A stretch of DNA of 64,000 bases. It comes from an uncultured Candidatus Saccharibacteria bacterium (GTDB lineage Bacteria; Patescibacteriota; Minisyncoccia; UBA6257; 1-14-0-10-44-23). The stretch lies in assembly GCA_964549935.1 (NCBI GenBank), contig CAZJVT010000003.1, positions 159,501 to 223,500 on the forward strand. The letters are read 5' to 3'. The stretch's first letter is position 1. Each line of letters starts with the position of its first letter. Both the position numbers and the translations under genes were made by a program. The notes below the pieces were generated by a model. The model saw only the letters and a program-made list of their open reading frames with translations, had not been told where the DNA came from and did not search any database. Shown one piece after another: positions 42,135-51,914 of the stretch.

Positions 42135-45062
42135 TCATCGCGCCATGCTGAGCTGAAGCCCGCCGATCGCAGCGTCCAGGTCGTCGGTATTAGCCGGCAT
42201 GGGAAGGTGGCCGGGCGGGGCCTTGACGCCCGCCATGATCTGGCTCATGGGCGGGATCTGCGGGATGTCGGCAAGGCGTCCGGCTTGCTGCAGGCTCGCC
42301 TTCAGCTGCTCGTGGTTCTGCCTCAGCCGCGCGGGGAGCTGGGTGCAGCGGAGGTCGGCATCGATCCGGCTGACCGCGATCTTGAGCGCGCGCATCGAGC
42401 CGACGACGTAGCAGCGCTGCTTGCCCCGGCTGATGCCGGTGCGAAGGATCGTCCGCTGCAGCAGCGGGTAGTGGCAGGTGTGGAGGGGGATGATGCAGAC
42501 CGGATACTCGGCGCCCTGGCTCTTGTGCAGGCTGATGGCGTTGGCCTGCTCGAGCATCGAGAGGTCCTTCTTGCGATAGCGGACCAGGCCCGAGTCGCCG
42601 TAGTCGACCTCCAGGCCGTATGCGACTTCCTGCCCCATCCCGTTGGGGCTGGTGAAGACGCGGGTGATGAGCCCGACCTCGCCGTTGGCGACGATGCGAT
42701 CCTGCTCGATCTCGAAGCCGTCGAGCATCTCGTAGGCGACCTGCTCGTCCGCGGTGAGCCGCCGGCTCTGGTTCAGTTTTTCGCGGATGCCGGAAAGCAG
42801 CTTCTGGACTTCGCTGTGGTACTTCCAGTTCTCGACGTGGATGACCTTGTCCTGGCGGGAAAAGGTGAGACCTTCGCGCTTGTCGTCGCAGATGTAGGAA
42901 TGGACCGCGTTCAGGTTGATCGGATTGAGGATCTCCTTCAGCGAGATGTTCATCTGGTCGACGCCGATCTTGTTGGCGTAGCCCGGCGACAGGACCTGGA
43001 TGTCCTGCATGGGGTCGTATCCGAGCTGCGGCAGGTCGCGGCTGACCAGGTCGACGACGGCGTCGTGGATCTGCTCCGGATCGTTGATCTCGATGAAGTT
43101 GAACTCGAAGCCGGTTGAGTCCTCGATGCGGCCGATCTGGCGCCCGGGCACCTTGCCTTCGTCGATGGCCTCGACGGCGATCGGAATGCCGGAGCCCTTC
43201 TTCTGGCGATGGATCTTGGTGAGGTGGGCGATGGGAACCGTCCTCGAGTCGATCAGGTCGGCAAGGATCCGTCCTGCACCGACCGAGGGGATCTGCTTGT
43301 GGTCGCCGACGATGATGAGGCGCGTCCGCCGGAAATCGATGGCGCGCAGGGTCGAGAGGAACAGCTTGGCGGCATAGAGGCTCGCCTCGTCGATCACGAC
43401 GACGTCGACGTCCAGCGGATTGTTCTGGTTGTAGGTGAAGCCGCCGCTGCGGCTGAGGTCGTCGTCGGCGTCGCCGAGAGAGCTCGGAACCGCCGCGCTG
43501 CGGTCGCTGTCGGCCTGCGTATAGGGCGTCCAGGCAAGGCCGCGATGGGCAGTGAAGGCAGGAAGGCCGATGCTCTGCGTCATTCGCTTGGCTGCGTTCG
43601 CGGTCGGGGAGATCGGCAGGACCATGGTCCGGCCGGTCTCCGCCAGGGCCTTGATGACCAGGTTGAGGATGGTCGTCTTGCCTCGGCCGGGGCCGCCGGT
43701 GAGGACGGAGACGCGGCTGTTGAGGATGGTGCGCAGCGCCTCGGTCTGGCTCTCGTCCGGGATGAACCCGTCGGCGATCGCCTCGGTCAGGACCTTGCGG
43801 AGACCCTTCCCGATGGCATCGACGTACTGGGCTCGATCGTCGAGGGCGCCTTCGGCCTCGAACATGCCGGCGATCAGCCTCTGGGCGATCTCCTTCTCCA
43901 TCTCGAGCGACGCGTGGGTCCGGACGAGCTTCGGCTCGACCTCGCCCGAGTAGGCGAGGCGGCCGGACTTGACCAGGTCGATCATGCGGGTCTTAACGGA
44001 CTGGCCGTCGAGATCGAGGATCTTCGTGGCGTTCACGATCAGCTGGTGCGCCGGCAGGCCGCAATGCCCCTCCGTCTCCGCTTCGTACAGGGCATGCTTG
44101 ATGCCGGCGGTGATGCGACCCTCGTGGCTGGGATCGATCTTCATGCGCTTGCCGATGTCGTCGGCCTTGAGGAAGCCGATGCCCTGGATCTCGAAGGCGA
44201 GGGCCCAGGGATCGCTCTCGACCTGGTGGCGGCTCTTCGCGCCGTAGCGCTCGACGATCTTGTCGATGGTGCGGGCACCGAGGCCGAGGCCGGAAAGAAA
44301 CATCCGGACATTCTGGAGAGGGTTGTCGAGGTTCCTGGTGTAGCTCTCGACGATGGCGCGGGCTTGCCGCTCGCCGATGCCGGCGCGGACGAGCTCTACC
44401 GGATCCTTCAGGGCCTCGGGCAGCCGATCTCCGAAATAGGCGAAGAGCTTCTCCGCCGTTGCCGGACCGGTACCGGGGACGCCTCCGTTCGAGCCCCGTG
44501 ACAGCCACTTGACCACGCCTTCGACGCCGATCGGCGGAAGGATGCTGATGTCGGCCGCCTTCCAGCGACGGCCCCACTTGGGGTCGTCGTTCTCCTTGAG
44601 GTTGGCGGCCTGGTAACGATCGCCGGCGCCGACCGGCTGGTCGTCGCCCTTCTTCAGGAAGGCGGTGATGGTCTTGACCTGCCCGTCGCGGTTCCGGCCT
44701 TCGAACAGAAGCCAGCCGGAGTCGATGTTGCGCTTGATGACCCGGATGACCTCGCCATCCTCGAGATTGGACGGGGTTCGGGACCGGCGGCGCTCGGTCG
44801 ATTCCAGCCGCTGACCGTCCCCGGCTTCGCCGGCGCGGCCGGCGGCAGCGAGGCCGTCGTCGGCTCCGGCGCCAGAACCCTCCGTACCGTTGGCTGCAAG
44901 CCGGGCGAAACCACCGCGGCGAACCTGCGCCGCCGCCCCGGCCTGCTCGCCCTGGGCGGCGACCGTCTCGGAAACCTGGTCGGCGACGTCGTCGGTAACG
45001 TCGCGAGGTTCCTCGACCATCAACCTGCGGAAACCACGGCCTTCGCTGGCGGCGCTTGGCAT
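42135..45062 (-). CDS. recD2: RecD2-like SF1B helicase
   Basis: N-terminal OB/HhH (GIGFLKADDIG); GGPGRGKTT, IDEASL, VGDHKQIPSVGAG, HRQ, NGEVG, SLHKSQGAEY, TGISRGK. Confidence 0.93.
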   Translation of the reverse strand: MPSAASEGRGFRRLMVEEPRDVTDDVADQVSETVAAQGEQAGAAAQVRRGGFARLAANGTEGSGAGADDGLAAAGRAGEAGDGQRLESTERRRSRTPSNLEDGEVIRVIKRNIDSGWLLFEGRNRDGQVKTITAFLKKGDDQPVGAGDRYQAANLKENDDPKWGRRWKAADISILPPIGVEGVVKWLSRGSNGGVPGTGPATAEKLFAYFGDRLPEALKDPVELVRAGIGERQARAIVESYTRNLDNPLQNVRMFLSGLGLGARTIDKIVERYGAKSRHQVESDPWALAFEIQGIGFLKADDIGKRMKIDPSHEGRITAGIKHALYEAETEGHCGLPAHQLIVNATKILDLDGQSVKTRMIDLVKSGRLAYSGEVEPKLVRTHASLEMEKEIAQRLIAGMFEAEGALDDRAQYVDAIGKGLRKVLTEAIADGFIPDESQTEALRTILNSRVSVLTGGPGRGKTTILNLVIKALAETGRTMVLPISPTANAAKRMTQSIGLPAFTAHRGLAWTPYTQADSDRSAAVPSSLGDADDDLSRSGGFTYNQNNPLDVDVVVIDEASLYAAKLFLSTLRAIDFRRTRLIIVGDHKQIPSVGAGRILADLIDSRTVPIAHLTKIHRQKKGSGIPIAVEAIDEGKVPGRQIGRIEDSTGFEFNFIEINDPEQIHDAVVDLVSRDLPQLGYDPMQDIQVLSPGYANKIGVDQMNISLKEILNPINLNAVHSYICDDKREGLTFSRQDKVIHVENWKYHSEVQKLLSGIREKLNQSRRLTADEQVAYEMLDGFEIEQDRIVANGEVGLITRVFTSPNGMGQEVAYGLEVDYGDSGLVRYRKKDLSMLEQANAISLHKSQGAEYPVCIIPLHTCHYPLLQRTILRTGISRGKQRCYVVGSMRALKIAVSRIDADLRCTQLPARLRQNHEQLKASLQQAGRLADIPQIPPMSQIMAGVKAPPGHLPMPANTDDLDAAIGGLQLSMAR

Positions 45063-45160
45063 CAGACCCTCCGGGGAGCGTCACGCCCCTATTCCGGGAT
45101 CGCGAACGCATGGTATCATAATGTGACTTCAAGATTATAGCGGACTGCGGAGAAAGCACG

Positions 45161-46054
45161 ATGTCGAAATTTCGGTTCCTGGCGACGCTGTCGCTCCTGG
45201 CGATCGCCATGCTCCCCGTGGCCGTCCGCGCCCAGCCCTCCCAGGGCGAAGCCATTCCCGCCGCCCTGGCTCCGCTTGCTCGGGACGGGGCCCGTCTTGC
45301 ACCGATCGGGAAGCTGGGAGGGCTCGATGGATGGCTCGCCAAGAAGGGCGACATGGTCCAGACGGTCTACCTGACACCGGACGGCAGGCACTACATCGCC
45401 GGCATCGGCTTCTCCCAGGATGGCCGAAACGCCACCGCCGAAAGCCTCGATGCCGCGATGAAGAAGGGGGATCTGGCCGCGCTCGGCATCGAGCCGAGGG
45501 CTACCTCCCAGGCGGCCCTGCCTCAGGTCCCGTCCCAGCAGTCGTCGGTGACGAAGACCGCAGGCGATGTGCGCATGCCCTCCCAGGCAGGCGACCAGAT
45601 CCTTGCCGCGATCGAGGCCGATGCCGCCCTGCCGCCCGAGAAGCGGGTGCTGACCTGGCTCAGCTTCGGCAGGGTCGGCGCGCCGGTCGTCTACATGGCG
45701 GCCGATCTCTCCTGTCCCTATTGCAAGCGCGCCTGGACCCAGCTCTCGCCCGAGGTGGATGCAGGGCGCATCGAGCTCCGCATCATCCCCGTCGCGCTGA
45801 TCTCGCCCGCCAGCAAGGGGCAGGCGATGGCTCTGTTCGACGCCGAGGATCCACGCAAGCTGTGGATCGACAACGTCAGGTCCAGCATCCCTCCGGCGCA
45901 GGTCGGCTCGGAAGCGGCGATGGCCGCGATCGAGGCGAACAACGCCTTCTTCGGTCAGTCCTTGAAGGGCACGCCGAGCTTCTGGCTGCGAAAGAGCGGA
46001 CGGCCACAGGCGGTGGCGGGCCTGCCGCACGACCTGGGCTCGATCCTGCCGTGA
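45161..46054 (+). CDS. DsbG/DsbC-like periplasmic thioredoxin-fold protein
   Basis: Signal peptide; YLTPDGRHYIAG dimerisation domain; CPYC active site; GTP cis-Pro loop. Confidence 0.88.
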   Translation: MSKFRFLATLSLLAIAMLPVAVRAQPSQGEAIPAALAPLARDGARLAPIGKLGGLDGWLAKKGDMVQTVYLTPDGRHYIAGIGFSQDGRNATAESLDAAMKKGDLAALGIEPRATSQAALPQVPSQQSSVTKTAGDVRMPSQAGDQILAAIEADAALPPEKRVLTWLSFGRVGAPVVYMAADLSCPYCKRAWTQLSPEVDAGRIELRIIPVALISPASKGQAMALFDAEDPRKLWIDNVRSSIPPAQVGSEAAMAAIEANNAFFGQSLKGTPSFWLRKSGRPQAVAGLPHDLGSILP

Positions 46055-46434
46055 TGTGGATGAAGCCGACGACCGTGCGAAGGGCAATGGGACGACCGAC
46101 GCCGAATGTCCACCTCTCGATCGACTACGACGAAGACCCGAAGCGGCCGTCCTATCGGTCGGTGGTCGTCAGGGGTCCTGGCAGATTCGAAAGCCGCTAT
46201 GCCTCGAATGATCCGGTGACGGACTTCAGGAAGGGCCTGGTCCTCGCCCGGCGGAAGGCCCGGGTGGGCCGCTGCCGCCTGCTCGCCAGCTCGAGCCTCA
46301 CCCATTTCGTCTTCGACGTGCCGGGCTACCGGTTCGTCGGGCATCCCGTCTTCGGCGAGTTGCTCGCCAGGGACCCACGCGACGGACGGCGTCGCTTCAA
46401 GCCACGGAAAGGTCCATCCCATCATGAGCGCTGA
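46054..46434 (+). CDS. Hypothetical basic protein
   Basis: TGATG coupling to the previous gene; overlaps the ligase start. Confidence 0.45.
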   Translation: MWMKPTTVRRAMGRPTPNVHLSIDYDEDPKRPSYRSVVVRGPGRFESRYASNDPVTDFRKGLVLARRKARVGRCRLLASSSLTHFVFDVPGYRFVGHPVFGELLARDPRDGRRRFKPRKGPSHHER

Positions 46435-47578
46435 GACGTCCCCGGCCGCGGCCCCGAAGCAGGCTTCGCTCTATTTCACCGATGGTCGGTCCGACAAGGA
46501 GTACCACGCGAAGCTCGAGACGTCGGGCGGCGGCTGGGTGGTGAACTTCGCCTATGGACGGCGAGGCGCGTCGCTGACCACCGGAACCAAGACGTCATCC
46601 CCCGTCTCCTACGAAAAGGCCCTCAAGGTCTTCGACGGCCTGGTGAAGGAAAAGACGGCGAAGGGCTATGTTCCCGATGAGGCCGGCCGGCCGTTCTCGG
46701 TCGGAGATGCGTCCGGACGGAAGTCCGATTTTCTGCCCCAGCTCTCGAATCCCATCGACATCGAGGGGCATGCCCTCGACGCGGTGATCGACGGCATGAT
46801 CGCATCCGACGAATGGTACGCCCAGCAGAAGCACGACGGCGTCCGGATGGCCATCGAGATCTTCGATGACGGCGCCCGCGGCATCAACCGCCGGGGGCTG
46901 TTCGTTGACCTCCCTCCGGCCGTCGCCGCGGCCTATGCGCTCCATCCGGTCGGCACGCTCGTCGACGGCGAGCTGGTCGGCGACGTCCATCATGCGTTCG
47001 ACGTCGTCAGGATCGGTGCCCGCTCCCTGATGGACCTGCCTTTCAGGAATCGCATCGTCGAGCTCGATCGGGCCCTGCGCCAGCATTCTGTCGACGACGC
47101 CGGCGCCGTCCGCTTCGTGCCCGCGATGTCCAGCTTCGCCGAGAAGCGCGAACTCCGCCGAAACGTCGAGGGGAGCAATGGCGAGGGTCTCGTCTTCAAG
47201 CGGGCCAGCGCGGTCTACCGACCCGGCCGGCCCGCGCGCGGCGGCGACTCGATCAAGCTCAAGTTCTGGGAGAGCGCGACCGTCCGCGTCGCCGGCGTCA
47301 ATGCCGGCAAGCGCTCCGTCTCCATGGAGATGCTCGACGGCAAGGGCTGGTCGACGGTCGGGAACGTAACTGTTCCGAGCAACCAGGAGATCCCGGCCGA
47401 AGGATCGTTGATCGAGGTCCGGTATCTCTACGCCATGCTGCCGAGCAAGGCGCTGTTCCAGCCCGTCCTCCTCGGATCTCGCGCGGACATGGAGCTCGCC
47501 GACTGCAGCGTCTCGCAGCTGAAGTTCAAGGCCGAGCCCGAGATCGCCTCCACATCCCTCGGTCCTTCCATGGGCTGA
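46424..47578 (+). CDS. WGR-domain ATP-dependent DNA ligase
   Basis: N-terminal WGR-type domain (SDKEY...YGRRG...EKTAKGY); KHDGVR adenylation motif, VDGEL, AFDV, EGLVFK, KLK, C-terminal OB fold (IEVRY...LFQP). Confidence 0.88.
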   Translation: MSAETSPAAAPKQASLYFTDGRSDKEYHAKLETSGGGWVVNFAYGRRGASLTTGTKTSSPVSYEKALKVFDGLVKEKTAKGYVPDEAGRPFSVGDASGRKSDFLPQLSNPIDIEGHALDAVIDGMIASDEWYAQQKHDGVRMAIEIFDDGARGINRRGLFVDLPPAVAAAYALHPVGTLVDGELVGDVHHAFDVVRIGARSLMDLPFRNRIVELDRALRQHSVDDAGAVRFVPAMSSFAEKRELRRNVEGSNGEGLVFKRASAVYRPGRPARGGDSIKLKFWESATVRVAGVNAGKRSVSMEMLDGKGWSTVGNVTVPSNQEIPAEGSLIEVRYLYAMLPSKALFQPVLLGSRADMELADCSVSQLKFKAEPEIASTSLGPSMG

Positions 47579-47665
47579 TCGTTGACGCGGCTCGCCGGCA
47601 GGGATTTCATCTTCCTCCCTAAGTAGCAGAGGGCCGACGACGGCCCCAACCGGGAGGACGGAACC

Positions 47666-47860
47666 ATGGCGGCCAAGAAGACGACGGGCGGCAACAGGAA
47701 GACCCTGACGTCGAAGAACGATGTCGAGAAGAAGCCCATCGATACGGGTGGAAGTCCGAAGAAAGGGCGCCAGGTCGTGAAGACCAAGCCGAAGGCCGGG
47801 AGGAAGCCGATCGACGAACGGCCCAGGATGCCGCCCGGCAAGACGCTCCTGAAGGGCTAG
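47666..47860 (+). CDS. Small Lys-rich basic protein (64 aa)
   Basis: GGAGG RBS; AAG-rich coding pattern; MAAKKTT start. Confidence 0.6.
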   Translation: MAAKKTTGGNRKTLTSKNDVEKKPIDTGGSPKKGRQVVKTKPKAGRKPIDERPRMPPGKTLLKG

Positions 47861-48573
47861 GCTTTAAGCTGCCTGCGAAGCCTGACGCTGGGCATCGTCG
47901 CCTGCGTCAGCTTCCAGCCACTACCGCGGCGCTCGAAGAAGAGGGTGTCCTGACGCGATCCGGGTCCCTCGAATTCCGGGAACACCCGGGCATTGAACAA
48001 TTCCTCCGCCCAGCGCGGGGCCAGGCCGGAAGGCCAGTCGGGAATCGACTGAATGAGGCAGCAGCAGCCGGCCGCATCCTCGGTCACCCGCGCGTCATGG
48101 ATCTGGGTCAGCTTGCGGCCGACCGACTGGAAGATGCCCGTTTCCGCATCGTAGCTGAGGCCATGACCGTTGAGCGAGACCGTGATCGAGCCGTCGAAGG
48201 AGGCCGCCGACGTCTTCAGGAGCCCGGCGTCGACGAGGGCACGGAGCTTCACCACTTGCTGGGGACCTAGGTCGCCCAGGCCGGACATCTTGATCTTCAG
48301 GGGAAACCTGATCGGTTTTCCCATCGCGAGGGACAGCCGGATCTCCTTGAGCTCGCCGGCGGCTGCCAGCCGGACCGCATCGAGCTCGTCGCCCGCCACC
48401 GGCCGGCCTGCGGGAAGTCCTTCGAGGGTTCCGGATTTCTCATCTTCGGCGTTCGCGATCGCGCCGGCCCCCGACCTTGCGACGACCGGCGCGACCAGTG
48501 CGACCGATCCCACGATGCCGAGGGCGGAAAGCATGACCGATCTGCGGGTGAGCATCGTCATGTGGCGCCTCAT
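47857..48573 (-). CDS. Exported hypothetical protein (possible Tat signal)
   Basis: LTRRSVMLSALGIVGSVALVA; ATGA overlap with the recJ stop. Confidence 0.55.
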   Translation of the reverse strand: MRRHMTMLTRRSVMLSALGIVGSVALVAPVVARSGAGAIANAEDEKSGTLEGLPAGRPVAGDELDAVRLAAAGELKEIRLSLAMGKPIRFPLKIKMSGLGDLGPQQVVKLRALVDAGLLKTSAASFDGSITVSLNGHGLSYDAETGIFQSVGRKLTQIHDARVTEDAAGCCCLIQSIPDWPSGLAPRWAEELFNARVFPEFEGPGSRQDTLFFERRGSGWKLTQATMPSVRLRRQLKA

Positions 48574-50480
48574 GGTTCCGACGGCTCGTGCTTGGCGTAG
48601 GACTTCGCCTCGCCGGGTGCGCTTCGGCCCGGCTGCGAGCCGATCTCGAAGCTCGGCGAAGATTCGCGCGCGTCCTCGAGGAGCATCTCGACGTTGACGT
48701 AGCCGTTCCACTCGTTGACCCGGAGCTTGCCGGCGACGTCGAGACGACCGCCTTCGGCCGCGAGGAGAGCGTCTCCCAGGGGTGTGCCGACGGCTCCGAA
48801 GGCCATCGCCTTGGTCCTGGAGCGGCGGCCGTCGCCGCTGACCAGGTCGAGACGGATATGACGGTCCTTGAGCACCTTGACGGCGGAGACGGTGACGTTG
48901 GTGAGAGCGACCCTGGGTTCGGGGTTGCCCTGGCCGAAGGGCTCGAGGACCTTCATGTCCTCGAGATCGGCGACGTCGATCTCGCCGGGCGAGACCGCGA
49001 GGTCGATGGAGTAGGAGCGGGCATCTCCATGCTCGAAGACCGGGGCCGCGGCGTCCTCGAGATAGCGGGAGAGCTCGGGAAGCCGGTTACTTGCGATGCT
49101 CAGGCCGGCCGCCATCGGATGGCCGCCGCCATGGCTGAGGATGCCTTGCTGGCGAGCAGCGATCACGGCGCGGCCGAGATCGAAGCCGGTGACGCTCCGG
49201 GCGGATCCCTTCCATGAGGTGGCGGCGCCGTCGCTCGCACCGAGCACCAGTGCCGGACGGTCGTAGCGCTCCTTGAGGCGTGAGGCGACGACGCCGACGA
49301 TGCCCGGATGCCAGGACGGCTTGCCGACCACGAGGAAGGCGTCGCCGGCATGAGCCCACACCTCGTCGCCATTCGGTTCGCCGGCCGTACCGCCCGCCTC
49401 GATCGCCTGGACCGCCTCATCGAGGGTCTCGTCGCACAGGCGGCGACGCTCCTCGTTGATGCGATCGAGGGACTCGGCGATCGCCTTGGCCTCCGCCGGA
49501 TCGTCGGTGGTGAGAAGGCGAGATCCGAGGCCGCAGTCGTCGATGCGCCCGGACGCGTTGACCCGCGGCCCGAGAACGAAGCCCAGATGCCACGCCTTGA
49601 TCTCGGACTCTTCGACGTAGCGCAGAAGCGCGGCGATGCCGGCATTCTGGCGCCTTTCCATGACCTGCAGGCCGAGGGCGACGAGAGGTCGGTTGAAGCC
49701 GATCAGCGGCACGACATCGGCGACTGTGCCGAGCGCCACCAGGTCGAGGAGGGACGAGAGCCTCGGGCGATCGCGATTGGCGAAGACGCCGGCGTCGCCG
49801 AGGGCCTTGTCGAGCGCGACGCAGAACAGCCAGGCGATCCCGGCCGTACACATGTAGCCGTGGTCGCCGGCTTCCCTGGGCTGGTCCGGGCGGTTGGGAT
49901 TGACGATCGCTGTCGCGGGCGGCAGCGCGTGCTCGGCGACGTGGTGGTCGACCACGACGATATCGAGGCCGGCATCGGCTGCGGCGGCGAGGGGTGCATG
50001 GGCCGTGGTCCCGGAATCCAGGCAAAGGACCAGGTCGATGCCTTCGTTCTTGAGCTTGAGGAGGGCAGGGGCGTTCGGCCCGTAGCCTTCCTTCATGCGG
50101 TCGGGAATGTAGATGAGGGGTTCCGGCGCATCGGGGCATGCCATGCGCACGTAGCGCTGCACGATGGCGCTCGAGGTGGCTCCGTCGACGTCGTAGTCGC
50201 CGAAGAGGGCGATGCGCCCGCGCTTCGCGAGCAGGTCGGCAACGCGATCGACGGCCTTCCCCATGTCGATGAAGGAAAGCGGGTTCGGCATGCCTTGCAG
50301 GGTGTGCCTGAGGAAGCCCGGCCTGGCCTCGTCGTCGATGCCGCGCTGGCGCAGCACTTCGTCGAGGGTCCAGGCTCCGCGGCGTGCCGAGCCCGGAGCT
50401 TCCCGGAAACGCCATCCGAGGCCGCGGTAGGAGCGGTGGGGCTTCTTGTCGTCGGCTTGCGAAAGGGCGGCGGTGCTCAA
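48570..50480 (-). CDS. recJ: Single-stranded DNA exonuclease RecJ
   Basis: GDYDVDG, PDRMKEGYG, DHH, GTVADVVPL, PRVNASGR, WHPGIVGVVASR, GSARS, GGHPMAAG, LEPFGQGNPEP. Confidence 0.96.
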   Translation of the reverse strand: MSTAALSQADDKKPHRSYRGLGWRFREAPGSARRGAWTLDEVLRQRGIDDEARPGFLRHTLQGMPNPLSFIDMGKAVDRVADLLAKRGRIALFGDYDVDGATSSAIVQRYVRMACPDAPEPLIYIPDRMKEGYGPNAPALLKLKNEGIDLVLCLDSGTTAHAPLAAAADAGLDIVVVDHHVAEHALPPATAIVNPNRPDQPREAGDHGYMCTAGIAWLFCVALDKALGDAGVFANRDRPRLSSLLDLVALGTVADVVPLIGFNRPLVALGLQVMERRQNAGIAALLRYVEESEIKAWHLGFVLGPRVNASGRIDDCGLGSRLLTTDDPAEAKAIAESLDRINEERRRLCDETLDEAVQAIEAGGTAGEPNGDEVWAHAGDAFLVVGKPSWHPGIVGVVASRLKERYDRPALVLGASDGAATSWKGSARSVTGFDLGRAVIAARQQGILSHGGGHPMAAGLSIASNRLPELSRYLEDAAAPVFEHGDARSYSIDLAVSPGEIDVADLEDMKVLEPFGQGNPEPRVALTNVTVSAVKVLKDRHIRLDLVSGDGRRSRTKAMAFGAVGTPLGDALLAAEGGRLDVAGKLRVNEWNGYVNVEMLLEDARESSPSFEIGSQPGRSAPGEAKSYAKHEPSEP

Positions 50481-50609
50481 CGGAAGATCCCGGTTCCGGT
50501 TCGTTCCGTTCGATGATACCGGCCGGGGGCGAAAGTTACAATCGTGTCGGCATCATGCTAAACATAACCCGCCGCGGGCGTGCTTGCCGGAACAGCCTGG
50601 ACCGGCAGC

Positions 50610-50915
50610 TCATTCTCTCGGCAGCTTGGGAAGCCTGCCTTCGGCCTCGGCGGGGACGGTCGATTGAACGACGACGTATCGGGCTCCGATGCGCCGCCTG
50701 GCGGTCGCGCGCCTGAGCAGCCGGGAGCGGACGATGCCGATGGCCCCGGTTTCGTCCGGAGACGACAGCCTGACGGTTCTATTCCATCCGCCTATGCGGC
50801 CATAGGTAAGGTCGATCGTATGGTGGCCGAACAGGTCCGGGGCAACCTCGACATTGTACCGGCGGGCCATGTTTCGCTCGGTGTCGACGGCTTTCAGATC
50901 GATCGCGATGTCCAA
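50610..50915 (-). CDS. Stand-alone WGR-domain protein
   Basis: GGAGG RBS before TTG 50915; RNMARRY...DLFG...YGRIG...RRRIGARY. Confidence 0.75.
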   Translation of the reverse strand: MDIAIDLKAVDTERNMARRYNVEVAPDLFGHHTIDLTYGRIGGWNRTVRLSSPDETGAIGIVRSRLLRRATARRRIGARYVVVQSTVPAEAEGRLPKLPRE

Positions 50916-51029
50916 GCCTGGCCTCCGTGAGAACAAACGGAGAATACCATGAGGATTCCAGGTCTCGCCAGAGTCCCCTCTATATGCAGGGTGCAAAAGA
51001 CCGTCTATATTGGTCCACCGCACAGAACG

Positions 51030-51521
51030 ATGGCGCATCCGGGGCGCCTCTTGATCTCGAACCAGACAAGATCCCTCGCAGAGCTCTTCGAGACCGTCCA
51101 CCGTCATATCTACGGCTGGGACGTCCGAGAGGGCTTGACCTGGTTCCAGTGGAGCTGCCTCCGGTACTTCGATCGCGTTGCGCCGGAGCAGCGCTCGATC
51201 GCGGGCTATCACAATGCCTTCCAGGTCGCGAGCTCCACGGCATCGCGAATGGTCAACGGACTGGCCAGCAAGGGCTATCTCAAGCTGACTCGCCCAAGCG
51301 GACCGAGGTCCTCCAAGGTCGAGCTGACCGCCCGCGGTCGTGACAAGCTGAAGAAAGATCCCCTGATCCCGCTGGGCAAGGAAATCGACAAGCTGCCGGA
51401 AACCCAGCGCAACGCGATACGCGCGGGGCTGCATACGCTGCTCAAGGCAGCGGTCCTGCTCGATGCGGGACTGGATATCGACGAGACCGCAATCGGGAAG
51501 AAGACCCGCGGCCGGAGATGA
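51030..51521 (+). CDS. MarR-family regulator
   Basis: GLTWFQWSCLRY, STASRMVNGLASKGYL, RSSKVELTARG. Confidence 0.85.
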   Translation: MAHPGRLLISNQTRSLAELFETVHRHIYGWDVREGLTWFQWSCLRYFDRVAPEQRSIAGYHNAFQVASSTASRMVNGLASKGYLKLTRPSGPRSSKVELTARGRDKLKKDPLIPLGKEIDKLPETQRNAIRAGLHTLLKAAVLLDAGLDIDETAIGKKTRGRR

Positions 51522-51530
51522 TCGTCCGCC

Positions 51531-51914
51531 TCAGGCGGCCAGGATCTCGTTGACCTTCTGGAGCAGCGCTTCGTTGGCGAAAGGCTTGTGGAGGACCGCG
51601 TCCGCTCCATACGCCTCCGCCAGCACCAGCGAGGAATGCGACGGCATGTGCGGCCGCCCCCCGGAGATCAGGAGGCAGCGCTGACCGGGCTTGTCCACCC
51701 TGATCCGCTTCATCATCTCGATCCCGTCAAGCTCGGGCATCCAGACGTCGGTGACGATCAGGTCGAAGCTCTGGGAAAGCGCCGCGGCGAGACCTTCCGC
51801 TCCGTTGGTTTCCAGCTGGACGTCGTAACCTGCCGAGGTCAGCTGGATGCGCAGCGACTCCCGGATGGCCGGCTTGTCGTCGACGACGAGGACCTTCTTG
51901 CGGCCCGCGCTCAT
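51531..51914 (-). CDS. Single-domain response regulator
   Basis: VLVVDD, IVTDVWMPELDG, ISGG, HKPF; ATGA overlap with the kinase stop. Confidence 0.92.
   Translation of the reverse strand: MSAGRKKVLVVDDKPAIRESLRIQLTSAGYDVQLETNGAEGLAAALSQSFDLIVTDVWMPELDGIEMMKRIRVDKPGQRCLLISGGRPHMPSHSSLVLAEAYGADAVLHKPFANEALLQKVNEILAA

Noticed and set aside
50610-51434. 274-aa minus-strand ORF overlapping MarR
   Set aside because: Only 50610-50915 (WGR domain with its own RBS) is credible; the upstream part is antisense to MarR
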